From Fimbriosthenelais zetlandica (lineage: Eukaryota), in assembly GCA_977030845.1 (NCBI GenBank), contig OZ365112.1:18104001-18168000 (forward strand): a stretch of DNA of 64,000 nt, read 5' to 3'. The notes below the pieces were generated by a model. The model had not been told where the DNA came from. It searched no databases and saw only the letters and a program-made list of their open reading frames with translations. Made by a program: the position numbers and the translations under genes. The stretch's first letter is position 1, and the number at the start of each line of letters is the position of its first letter. Positions 41,530 to 54,587 of this stretch are shown piece by piece.

Positions 41530-44500
41530 CTTCGCCTGATATTACTTACGTCATGGCGTTTGGGTGGGGGATTAATTGCTTATGTCACACATGCTTTGAA
41601 AGATAATGTTCTGGGGCAGAGGTTCAGAAGATGAAAGAAGGCAAAACCTTTAAACGCCACTTACTATTCGCAACATTCCTTTAATGTTTTCAACGTTTCA
41701 CACAGAGGCAAATTAAACCAGAAGTGATAGGATTTTAACCCATCCTCAGGAAGCACGTTCCTGGATGGGCTCGGTGGCACATATCTCTGCAAATATTTGC
41801 AGGTATAGGAATCAGAAAAATGGCCAACTGCTAGGGCACGGATGATCCAGCTGAACAATGTTTGTTCCTGCTGCAACATGTGATAAAGAAACTGTTCACC
41901 CAAGCACCCTTCTATCCCTCTGTTGCGCTAGGAGCCCTGACATTCACACCCTGCTCTTATTTCACCCGCCCCATCCGCCCACCCCAGCCTTCATGAGTGA
42001 TCGGGCCCCAGCTTTGATCCTGCTAACATTGAGCTAGCTTTGCCTTTCATCTCTGGTCACTCCCTGGCTCAGATGCGGCTACTGCGCATGCATGTGCACA
42101 GAAAGGGGAAGAAGTAATGGGAAGGGGTAGAAAATGATTCAAATTTGGTCACTGTAGGCTACCACGTACGGTAGTCAAGGACCGGAATATTAAGGTTCAG
42201 CTCAAGATCATTTAGTAAATATTCTACTAATTTATGGATAAAGTCTCAATTAGCACTACAGGGTGACCTTATTTGCAACGGGGTAATATTGAGTGTCATA
42301 GATACCTCTGATCGTTAGATTGTCAGTTATCTTTGTATTATTCATGATGTAATTAGTCATAAAAACCGTTACTAGGACAAGATGGCTGGGTCCACTCCCA
42401 GACCACTGACAATGGCGGTTAGCACACATCAAACAAGAGTGGCACACATCAAAGACTCGGCCAAGTCATGTGACCCACAACAAATGGCGCGTGCCCATCA
42501 ATGGTCACGTGGGCGGCATGCGCCGAATCACGTCGTGCATATGTGTGCACACGTTTTGGTGACGTGGCCAACAATCGAGGGACGATTTAGGCAGTTGATA
42601 GAGGCAATCACCTGATTATGTAATGGTAGGGTGGCGCCGGGGGTGCCAGGGGGAGTAAAATCACAATAATGGGCGTCTGGGTCAGCGAGAACATTAAATA
42701 AGACAATCAAGACTTTAGTGCATCACCTTACTTGAGTTGGGTGTAGAAAAGGGGTATGCAGGGCTGCAAGCAATACCAAACAAAGCAAAGTAACATACAT
42801 GTGCGTTTTACAAATCCTATATCCATTGCAGAAATGAAATTTCTACAGAGATTATGAGGCATAATAATATTATACTGAGCATTTCTAGAAGCAGTCTTCC
42901 AGGACTGTAGTTGGCCGGCATGTCTTTGACATAGAAAAGAAAGGTTCATGCGAGTCTAAATGATGTGACGTCAGATGAAACAAGCGGGCGAAAACAGAAT
43001 ATTAAGAGAACAAATAGTTCCGGTTGAAGGAAGCAATTAGTTGCCCATCTGACGGTGCATGGAAAAATGTTAAATTACCATGTCATCACACCGGAAGTGT
43101 AAAAGTTATGATCGATGAAGAACTGGCAGCCTAAAGCAGCTGATGCCATCTACTTGCTGCCAAAAATTTGACATAGAACCAGGAAATGACTGTAAAGAAT
43201 TAAGTACCATAGAACATCCGTTTTTACGTCGCCCTTCTCTTGCAATGAATATTGAATGTCATGTCTCGGCCATGAATGCAATATACTAAATATCATGGAA
43301 CGTCCTTCGAGTGATGCGAGTATGTGATGCTGGAGAATCAGAAATAGGGTTTAACATGTCACTCTCACGTCAAGAGGTAAGATGATGAAGAGTATCATTT
43401 GTCTTTTTGAGGTAACATTCACTACACAAGTCACATGATCACATTCTCAAAAATGACCTCACGATGTCAGTCTACATGCACATTGGATGTCACCAGACAC
43501 TAGATGATAGACACACTGAGAGGGTCAAATGGAGGAAAAACTAGAAACCATGTCTACAGAGGGAAATATTGAATGATCAGAAGCTGATAGTGACCCGCTT
43601 TCGTGACATATCCATGACTTCGTCAACAGAAGCAGAGGAATCAAAATGCTCATGTGAAATGAGTAAGAGAGAAGAAGATAGGCATAAAAAAGTGAGAAGC
43701 CTGAGTCATAACCAATGTCGATGGACGTCATATTTGTTCTGTGGTCCTACCATTCTACTATATATACCAACAACTGCATAGAACTACCTTGGTCAGATTT
43801 CATCTCAATGCAAAAGCTACTCAAAAGAGATTCCTAAAGACATATCCTAAGGCCAACTCGTGTTAAACTTTCATAAGATTACGGAATCAGTAAATATTGA
43901 CATGTCGAAAGGCATATTATGTGGCAACATTCTGAAGTGATGGTGACAGCATTCCAAAACACTATACCAATATAAGGTGTTGATCAGTCCACTGCATTCA
44001 TTTGGGGGCATTTACAATATAAAAATTTTGATGGCATTTTTTAGGGTGAAGTGTGAGAATTGACACGCAGAAGCGAGAAAGAAGAAAGAAGCGTCCTCCC
44101 GAGTCTGCTGTGAGTCAGATGTGGGGAAGAGATCTTTGAGAAAAACGTGCCAGAGACACTTCTTACATGACACAGCGTTTCGCATGTCCCAAGCAACTTT
44201 TGGAAACCAAGCGATTCCCTGAGTTTTCGCGACCGCAAAAAAGGAGATCTATCGCGGAATAATCTGTCTGAATGGTTCTGAGGGAATTTGGTGAGAAAAA
44301 AGAATCCGGACTCTGCTCTTCATACAAAACGGGTGGGCTTTGGCAAAACAACACAACACAGGAGCGGCATGACATAATGCCCTGTTTTCAGCGGCAGGGA
44401 AAACTTCAAAAGGCCCAAATGAACAATAAATCCAAGAGTTAAGATTAAAGCGCATTTTGTTCGGAAGCAGTCGCGATAAGCCTTCCGGAAAACAGACCCC

Positions 44501-47500
44501 CGTTTTATCTTGTCCTCCCTGCTTAATGACACAGCATCAAGCACTGCTTATTTCTATCGTCATTTGCATAAGTATTTGATATCTAGAATTTGTCGTGGCG
44601 AGCCCCACATTACGACATCGTCCTGTTTGTAAAGGGTGCTAAAAAGTGAGATTCAAATTTTGTGCAGACGAGATTAAGCGTGTCAGGTTGCATACAAATA
44701 CAACTTGTGGTTATTTTGCTACTCTCTGAGAGAAGGCTTTCATGAATGTGATATCGATGAAGATCAACACATCTTTTCTTATCACACTTTTCTCTTTGAT
44801 CCTCGTAACTGAGCCTGCCCCAATAATTTGATGAAAACTCATTCAAAGATTATTTCATTTCAGCCATTCACTTTGAATAGCGTCTGAAAGAAAAAGACAC
44901 TCTCTGATCTAGAATGTGAAAGGTCCAAGTAGATTTTTTCCCAAATTTTCATCTCACGATCATTTTTGGTGGGAGTAGATATCAACTGGGAATAGATCTA
45001 TTCATGGTAAAACATGAAAAGAGTGTAATTATGGCCTCGTGAATGCCAGGAGGCTCTTTGTTAAAGTTGTGCGATTAATCAGGAGCCTTCAGTAGTGGGC
45101 TGATACGGGCAGGGTTACCTATTCGCCACACAGGACTAACAAGTTCGGCTACATTTTCAGTGTCCCAAAGTTTTTCTCAAAGAGCCCCTACCAAAATTAG
45201 CATGGCGCACAAATTCATTACAAGTTCTGGTTGTCACTTGACATGAGGACTATATGCAATAGTTAGACAGGAAGTGACATGTCGGAGGCAGGGTTTCAGG
45301 ACCCTGCCTGGTAAGTGTTCTTTTCGTTTCTACTTCTGAAATTCATTTAGGCCTACTTCAACCAATCTCATAGAATTGAAGATAATGGAAAGTAGTGCTT
45401 GGATAGTTATTTCCGGCACAAGAATGCTGCAAAATCATGGGTGAACCAAAACCAACAATAAAACTAGCGTTTTCCATCGTCAGACTAAGATCAAGTGAGT
45501 GACAAGTCAAACAGAAGTGTGCCTTAGAGCAACTTCCCCCCACTCACCTCCACAACCAATCACATGAACCAACTTAGCAAAGGCAAAACGAGGCAGCTTT
45601 AAAATAAGTTGCTTTCAATTGTCACCGCCAATGTTAGTTCGTTTTTCATGGTGACATAAATCGCATTTAAGGAATAAAATTGCTCTTAGAACCAAAAAAA
45701 CGCTATTTTATGGGCAATTAAGGATCATAAGACCTCAGGCTGTGAGCGGTCTTCAAAAGTGGCAAACTTCAGTCAGTGTACAGTCACACATACCATATAA
45801 ACGTGGTTTGGTTCCTCTTGTTATAGCTCGGTTAAATGAGGCGCGGCAATCAGTCCCGGGAGGGAAGGCTTTCTGATAATTTTCTCAGCTTCTTTGAGAG
45901 CTGCTCACGATTTGCTCATCCTTTCATATTTTCCCCCATGCCTGCATGCTTATTAGAAGACAGGATGTTGAGAATTGAGTTATGACTATGTGATAAGGCG
46001 ACATAAAACCACTTTATTTCCAAGCTTGATTAAACATCACCCCATCACACACCATACCTGTGGTGCCTTTCTGTTTGCTTGAGTAACGAGTTCGCCTTTT
46101 CAGTGGCATACAAATGGAAGCGGACGCACAGGAAATGACAATTTCCCAACAAATTGAGTTTGACCTTGGCAAACGCGCCCAATGTCATCGCCGAAGATCA
46201 AAGATGTAACTTCGGAATCAGTAGCACTTGGCACAAACTCAGGCGGACACCCGCATACCAATAGATGTTAGAAATAACCCTAGCAACCAGGGGGAGGGTA
46301 GGGCATTCGGACAAACACATTACCTTAACGACGGCCCTAGTTACCGCTCACTGTGCTTAGAAACGAGCTGAGACGACACCAAGTCAGGGATGCGAGCTCT
46401 CGCGCGCGATTAGCCCGGCAAGCCAAATGAGAGGCCCCGTGGCCATGGGCGATGACACCCGCCGACAGAAATTGCATTATTTGGTGATCCGAGTTCCTGT
46501 GATCTCCTGCGGAGGAGGGAGGAAAATGCCGCTTTGGGGATTCACTCAAAGATCTGATGGCGACTGATGAAGAGCGTTTTTGACCCTAGGGCCAGAAGAG
46601 TTGCTGTGAAGTGTGTGTTTCGGGTGGGAACATGGAGGCCTTGTAAGGAGGAGTTTTTCACACAACTCACTGCGACAGTCACACGCAAGAATGGAGCGGT
46701 TTCTTCTGAAGTGGGAAGGGTGACCAAGGATGAAAATCTTAAGGATGGAGGTAGCCTACAATACACAACTATTGTAGGCTACACCAGCTTTAGTAGGCCT
46801 ACCACTGTGTTCTCTTAATGCCCTCAAAGTAGATTCTTTTCAATGAATCAAACTGATGACAGTCATTCATGACAGACAAATCTGTAGGTCAACGTAGAAC
46901 GTATTATAGAAGACTTGTCCTTATTTAAACGGGCCCTTAATTAAAGTACAACTTTTAAACTATAAATGAAACGACGACAGAACCAGAGATAACCAGAATG
47001 CCCTTAGATGCTAGGAGGGTAGCTGGCGTTTTGGTACAGGATTTGGAGGATTGGTAGAGAAGGGACGCGTGGTCATTGATCTCCATTTAGAGCAATCTTC
47101 TCGATACTCAATGATCCTGTACTTACTGCCCAGTCAAGAGCTAATCCAGGTCAATGGGCAAGACCCTTATCTGAGGGATTTGAGTGTTCCTTGTGTTGAA
47201 GAATGATGTAGCCGATTAACAAGTGAAATAGCTGACAAACAAATCGGTAATTTCAAATTCAAGGACCTTGAAGTACCCATAAATGTTCATGAACTGAGAG
47301 AAAGCCATGCAGAAAACGTAAGATATGGAAACAGGCAATTTGTACTGTTTTCGCTTCCATTCTCTTTGCCATCAAAACATCTTGAAAAATCCGTTCGGTC
47401 ACAGGATGTGAAGTACTGATATTTTCCTTTCTTTTAATTTTGTGATAAAACGCAGACGACTCGCCCTCATTTCTTCTGTTTAATCGTTCTTCAAAGGGAG

Positions 47501-49049
47501 ATTCAGCGCTAAAATCTGTGGCTTTCTGTGTGCACAAAATAATGGTATAAAAGGCAAATGATGGGGTTAATAATTAAGATGAGTGCCTTTGTTTTTGAGC
47601 CAAATTAATTAGGTGTGTTGCGGCAGGCGGGAGATGAAAGGGCGGCCGAGTTGCGGTGTTTAGGACATCAAAGGATATTATTATCTGATGTCGCGAGGAG
47701 TCGCCTAACGTCACCAGCAGATGGTTCAATACTGCCTGCTGTGTATCCACCTTCAACAGTCACGTCATTGTGACCAACGTCACATAGAAAGTGACTATTT
47801 CATGGTCATTCAAAAGCAAAATCTACAGGCAATTACTTAATAAATTGTTCCTCTGAGTAGACCTGACTAAACATTAAAGGAAAGGTGGAGATATTGCAAA
47901 GGTAATCGCTATATAGGTCTTCAAACCTACAAAGTAGGAGGGTAACCATGCAGAGGAATGTACAGGTTGAGAAATTAAGCCTACTTGAGCAAGTCATGGA
48001 TATTAGATACTCAAGTTTTAATCTAAAGGACATGAAATTGCTCTTGAGTGGGAAACTCTTAATAGCCCCTAATGAGCACCTCACGTGGATGGAGGAGGGG
48101 GCTGCGGATAGAGAAAGAAGGAGAGAGAAAGAACAAAAAGATCATCCCACTACTGCCGACTGTAACATGCAACATATGTCCAAGATGGCGGGGATTGGTA
48201 GGGAAGGAGGGTATTCCCACAATTTGATGGTCACCCACCCAGCCCAATACATTCATTACAGCCTTTGATGTCTTCAGACCATGCAGGGAAGATCTGAGAG
48301 TTGGGGGGAAATGTTTGTTTTTCAAAACGCTGTGTGGGACAGGTGTGAACGTCACGCGAAATACAGATCAAAGCCCGACGTCATCTACATCACACGAAGA
48401 CGACAGAACTGGGCGTTTCCCGCCAAAACTTAGACTATCGGGTTTTGCTCCTAACATACTTTAATCTTTAATGATTGATAGAATCCTCTCCACAACATCA
48501 AAAGCCTGTCAGTTCTCTTGCTAATGTCTTCGTGGTTTTCAGAGAAAAAAATCAAAAGGGAAAATGTAACAAGTTTTGGCGTTTGTGAGATGATGGGAAG
48601 AATGGTATAGTGTGCTTGTTTGTCAACATGATCAGGATAGATAGTCCTTATATTCATCAGTGAAACACGAGTATTATACCCTTCAAAACCCTTATATCAA
48701 AGTACTTTATATCATAGCACATGATCTGAGGCCTCAGAGATGGAATTAAAACTAAGTCTCAGGTACACAGTTGGCTGTACCAATCGACTTTTTGAATCTG
48801 ATTTGGAGTTCCAGATTGTGAATTGCCATACGTAAACTCCCATTTTTACATACTTCTTATCCGTTATTCAATGTGACCTATTCATTGGCCATCTCAGGTT
48901 ATGACGCGCCGATTAGAAAATGGAACCGGGTGTAAGCAACAACTGACGATCGAAAGTTGAATACTTTCTATCGTTTTGACGAGTCGGACGAAATCGATAG
49001 CAGGGCGATGCAAATATCGCGATATCATAAAAGAGAGTAGACAAGTTTG

Positions 49050-51219
49050 TTATTAAAATAATGTACAAATTTTTATTGAGGTTTCTATGTAGGACACTGT
49101 CTGACTGTTTCTCATTTTTACTTTAAACTGCAAATTATATATAAATGAAAGAACAATGACGTCTCGTTCACCATTATCAAGAGGTTGAGGAATAAATTTT
49201 ACACAAGATTTTGGACATTCTCCCATTTGATTACAAACCGGTTTGACCAACTTGTATGTACATGATTTCACGTCTGCACCATTCTTTTTTCAAACTCCGG
49301 AGTTTTATTCCGAAAAGCAATCAAATTTTGATATGTAAAATATCTGACAATAATATTCAAATGAATGATTTCATATGAAACCATCCTGATAAATACATTT
49401 ACCGTTTAATACCATGAATAATGATCTAATTTAAAGCGCACTAATTTTGATATAAAATAAACACAAGCCTGAAGGTTAAAATTTCCCTAACAGCTCATGC
49501 TTCACCGTTTTAGCCACATTACACTTCTGAGTAGGAGATTTCTTGATTTTTTTTCAGGAATTTTTAAAACAATGGAGTAGACGCCATGTTATTGAGGTTA
49601 TTTATAAAACTGTCCACTACAGATCATGGCATGGGCGTCTGAGCAAAATAATGATTATTTTACAGCAAGATGTCATACAAAACATCCTAAAATGAGTCCA
49701 ATAATCAAAATGTACCAAGAACAACTCAGTATACCCAAAATGGACACTAAAAGACAAAGACCGGAGACTCTGATATAAATAATGATAAAAGTACCTGGTA
49801 GTAGAGAATAATGAACATATTATACACATTTGTATGGTTGTTGGATGAACATGATTGGGCGCTTTTTAGCGATATTTACATCAAGTTCCATGTGTACTAT
49901 TTTATGAAGAATAACCAATTAATATTTCCATGTGATGGGGTATGAAGACAATATGTCAACATAGAAAAATCTACATCCTGACAACTGACCTCAATAATCC
50001 ATGCCGTTCTTATTACATTAATATTTATCCATCATATAAAATCAGTCGATTTTTGATACCACCTTCAGCGAAAAGTAAAACTTGAAAGGAAAGGTGGATA
50101 AAGTAACTGATACTTATAATTAGCTCCATATAAAAACCATTCATTTACAATTTAATTTAACACTGTACAACAGTAACATGTGTGTGTCCCTGCAACTTGT
50201 GGGGGAGGTGTTTGCCCGCAGCAACAACAACCAGATCCCCCGCACACATTCACACACTCAGACATCCCATATACATACACACACTCACACACATACCACA
50301 GGCCACTACCACTCCCAGCAATCCTAGAATCGTTGTGGGGTGGGAATAGAGTACCACTGATAATTAATGGGATGAAAGACATGTTGGTCTGATAACTCGT
50401 TAACTGTAGCGAGCCCCGGCAGTAGGCCCCCACCTATCGATGGGGGCAGCGGTTATGACACAATTGTAATTTTTTTCTTGATGTCTGAGGGTGGTTGACT
50501 TTGTTTTGTACCACGCAACAATACTGCAGGACTATGTACAGCTCTGTACTGTGTACTGGATGTGTGTCCTAATTACTACTCATGTTTCAGGGCGCTAGTC
50601 TTGCTTCTTGGCCACATGGTTACCATAGAAACCACCATGACATTTTTCATCATCACAATATGTAACACATATGTAAGTTACAAGAACAAAAATTGATTAT
50701 TTTTAAACTTCTCAGCACCTATTCGAACCGCAGCAGAGAGGCACCAACATGGTGTCTCCGCCTTGGTGATAGCAGTGTCAGCCAGATGGCGCTGGTCGTC
50801 ATGACGTCCATGTAAGATGATGACGTCATCATCATCATGTCACAGCCGCTTCTTCAGAAGCACTCCAGGATGGAAATGTTCACTCGTCGCCAAAAGGTGT
50901 TCATTGAGCATCAAGGTTAAATGTTTCCTTGAACTTCTACCTGTTTGAGCAACGTCAGTGAGCGTTTTTGAAGACGGCCGCCAGGGTCGCTTCTTGGCCT
51001 TGGGATGTAACGTTATGATGTCATTACTTCCCACGATGACGCTGTGCAACTGTTACCCTGACGTTCCCAACGTTCCTGTTTTATAATGACCTTATTCCTG
51101 GACGACTTGACTGTGCCAATTCATCACTCTCTAAATATCACAATATGGCTGACGTTATTTTGTTCTCTGGAGTCACCCCAAAATCCCGTCTTTCTCCGGT
51201 TTAACTGTCGTTATGACCT
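49050..51219 (-). other. Axin: Probable Axin 3'UTR (~2.2 kb)
   Basis: Follows the stop codon and is AT-rich. AATAAA lies on the minus strand at 49072-49077 with a U-rich stretch downstream. Other possible signals are at 49304-49309 (AATAAA) and 50151-50156 (ATTAAA). The end point is inferred. Confidence 0.5.
49072..49077 (-). terminator. Candidate polyadenylation signal AATAAA for Axin
   Basis: Minus strand reads CTCAATAAAAATTTGTACATTATTTTTAATAACAAACTTGTCTACTCTCTTTT. Confidence 0.4.
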
Positions 51220-51346
51220 TCAATCGACCTTCTCGAGCCTAGCAAAGACCTTGCCCTCCCAGAGAGGGAGGATGGCTTCTTCATTACTAACTTCCTCAAA
51301 AATAACTCCTGATCCAAACTCGTCACTGGCCGCCTTGAAGAAATAC
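51220..51346 (-). CDS. Axin: Axin last coding exon (C-terminal half of DIX domain)
   Basis: Acceptor ttcttgcag|G, phase 2. Encodes (R)YFFKAASDEFGSGVIFEEVSNEEAILPLWEGKVFARLEKVD*, matching the Axin DIX C-terminus (human AXIN1 YYFKKVSDEFDCGVVFEEV...KVEKVD). TGA at 51220-51222. Confidence 0.97.
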
Positions 51347-54038
51347 CTGCAAGAAAGAATATACATTATTAGTGATGGATAAAGTATAACATTGAATAAA
51401 CAATATATCATACATACAAAGACACATCTCAACTCATAAACTAAGAGAAAGGAAGGAGGACCATATTGTAATGCCTATCAACAGGAAAGAGTTGGAACGT
51501 GATGTGTTGAGGAACATCCACCTCGCGCGCCCCCTCCCACACTGACGAACATCATGGGTCGGGTTCAACCAAAGGCTCGCGCTTTTGATGTACAATTCAG
51601 AGAAGGGGGTAGCAGAGAGAAAATCCCGCCTTTCATCTCGTATCACATGTCAATAGCGGATCAACTAATGCCAAAATTGAATTAAAACCGCCGGTTTATC
51701 TCGGGGGCCGCCAGGGGGTGTTTAGTTAGAAGCGGGTGGAGTGGGGGCAGCATCTACAAACCTTCTCCCTTTCCTTCCCCCACTCTAATCCCGCCCTTTG
51801 ATCCCAGGAGGGTCAACATCACGTTTATCACTCTCCAATGATCACTGCAAGGTCTACGGCCTAACTGTCAACCCTATTAAACCTAAAGAGTGTCAGCCTT
51901 CATCAGACTAACGGTTAATTCTAATCGCAACTTCCTCACAAATACCTTCAGGATCTAATGTATATTGGGAAGTATAAAATCCCATCTTCCAGATGGATTA
52001 GTATAAATATGGTTTCCCCATTTTCTATTTTTACAATATTAAAGAGTATATCGCGTGATTCTATTTCCTTTCACAATCTCCTCTTTGTAAAATAAACTAG
52101 AATCCCGTCTGATATGAATATCCTTTGTGTAGTGAGCAGCTCAGAAAAGGATATGAATAGGACAAGAAATATCAGCATGGAAACACGATCCTCCACATAA
52201 CGACCACAGGAGGATCCAGGCAGCATGTGACGTCACCACATCAAAGAGACCACATGTATACACACGCCCAGCTCTCGTCACCCGAGACGGGAATTTTCTC
52301 ATGAAATGTAAACATTTCTTTTGTTCTATCATTAGACTCTCTGGGTAGATCGTCTTCTAACAGGATAACGCTGTGAAATGTCATCTGCCCCACACCCCAG
52401 CTAAGACATCAAGGACTGGGTCAGCCTCAGGTTCAAACCTCACTAACCACATGAATGATATTTCAGACCTATCACACTTTTTCAACTTTCGATAAACCGT
52501 GATCTTAGACGTCTCTAAGAGGAAGTTCATCTAACAATGTCATTGTACATATATTCCCCTAATTCTTGGGTACTTTCCTTCTACTCCGGCCCTTCCCAAG
52601 ATCCGCATTCAGTAGACAATGTTAAGTGTCAACTATTGCCACCAGGCGACCCTGAAGGATTCTTTGCCTAAAGGTTCTGAGGATGACACATCAAAAAGAC
52701 GTCTACCATTTCCTGCCAAATGCTAATGAAAATTCCCCAAGGAAATAGATGTCAAACATCCTAAACAAGGCCACACTAACCGGCCCTACCTTCATATGTA
52801 GCCTCGATCTGGACATGAATTGCCCACAGCTCTCGTGAAAAGTTATGATGTTATTTTCTATAGGATTGTCCCCAAATTTTTAAGTTCATCCCTGTAGCAT
52901 TCAAAGAGATACTTTGGTACCCAATGGCAACGGTTAAGTACTCATTGCATGTATGCACCTTTGATCTAGCCTGGACTTCAAAGGCATGCTAGGCCAGGGT
53001 CAAATATTCACATACAAAGGTCACATGCCAGAGGTCAAGGTCAGATGTGGAAGGTCAGTTTCAAGTCGGTAAAGGGGCGACATCTTTGTGTCGGGAGTGA
53101 CATCACCTAGGTAAGTAAGCTCGACCAGTGTGGGTAAGTGAGGGTGTGTGTGTGAGAGAGGTACTGGGTCATGTGACCCCTAGTGAAGACTCGCTTTGAT
53201 CTCCAACTGTTTGATGTGCCGGTCCCAGGTATCCCTGGCATTAACCTCGCCTCAGTGGCACTCTGTAATTGATGGGAAGTGAACTGGGCGAATTCTAGGC
53301 AAGAAATAGATTCACCTCCCATTTTATCCACTTAATATGTTCACTACTTTCAATAAGTTAATCAACCTTTCGTACTGTTAAACTTCTCTGCCAATAAATG
53401 CAGCATAGGAATACTGAAGCTGTAATTATCAGCGTGGGAGATATAGGGAGATGAAAGCTGGGTTGATCCTGTAATCTGATGGGGCAGGGAGATCCCACCC
53501 TCTCCCCCTGCTACTCACTATGCTGGCAATGCGAGTTATTCCTCTATAGTGGCTCCACTCCCCAGATAAACCAGGTAACCTGGTCTCGAGCTGCTCGCTC
53601 CCTAGTTACAGCCACGCCCCTTATCTCATTCCTTAGTTACCTTATCTGTGGTTATCTGCCTGGCCTACACACCTGGCGCCTCGTGTACAGAGAACCTACT
53701 TCTCCACAGGGAATACATTTAGGCTGGCTCTTTGATACATTGAATTCTCCCTCTACAAATACTGGGCCACCAAAAGATGCAAGATTAGCAGAGTGATTCC
53801 CCTATCGTATATAGATTAAGATATATGTAAGCCCGGATTAACGCGTACAGGTAGCAACATAAGCTGACATAAATCTGTTAATCCGCCAGTTTAACCTTGA
53901 CCCGCACCTCGCCACTCTGTCTCCACATAACAGTTATCAGAGGAACCTTGGCACTTTATGAGACTTCAAAGTGGGTTGTATGCCATGAGAGTCATCACCT
54001 CAGCGTTTTAAATGGTAATAAAAATATAGAGTACTAAC

Positions 54039-54218
54039 CTGAAGCTGCCACGTTTGGTGATGAGTTGCTTGAACTGTCCCAGCGTAACTTGTTTTCCTGG
54101 AATGGTGGTTCTGTAAGGGATGTCATCCCCATGGAACAGGTAACCCACCACCGTCACGTCGCCTTGTGACGGTGTGGTGGGAGCTGTCGCAGACGGGCGT
54201 CGAGTTGTACGAATACGA
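54039..54218 (-). CDS. Axin: Axin exon, N-terminal half of DIX domain
   Basis: Acceptor cttgttttcag|T, donor AG|gttagt, 180 nt, phase 2-2. Encodes [59 protein letters not shown](R). The IPYRT...VTLGQFK...KRG motif is diagnostic of DIX. Not in the ORF track. Confidence 0.96.
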
Positions 54219-54331
54219 CTGAAAACAAGCAGAATTACAATTATTATATGTTCACTTCCTGATAGTTTCCGAAATAGTTTTATTGTTAAAAATGCCAGTA
54301 CATGTGCTTGGATATTTCTATCTGGTCTTAC

Positions 54332-54469
54332 CTGTATGTGTCTGCATCAGCTGAAAGGTCGAGGACTTGGGGTGGCAAACCCTTTGAGGATGAGGAGAGA
54401 GAACGAGGAATTGGAGGGTAGTTGGGTGGAGGCATGCTCCTTTTGTCCTTACCAGACATACCCATGCGG
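54332..54469 (-). CDS. Axin: Axin symmetric 138-nt exon (possible cassette)
   Basis: Strong acceptor ttgttcctttatctctttacag|C and donor CAG|gtaaga, phase 2-2, open. Encodes [45 protein letters not shown]. Flanking introns are 118 and 113 nt. Not in the ORF track. Confidence 0.85.
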
Positions 54470-54587
54470 CTGTAAAGAGATAAAGGAACAATTATAACAT
54501 GAACTTCTACAAAATCAAGAGCGAAGATGTAAAGTTGGAAAGGATGTTAGACTTGAATTAGAGTTGGAAACTTTGAGATAAACTTAC

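Noticed and set aside
3000-49000. The many 60-120-aa ORFs in the supplied track
   Set aside because: None resembles a protein family I recognise. Lengths are typical of chance ORFs and many begin at non-ATG codons. Small exons of an unrecognised gene cannot be excluded without transcript data.
53105-53145. Two plus-strand GTAAGT donors inside an Axin intron (possible antisense transcript)
   Set aside because: No matching acceptor, ORF or promoter evidence.
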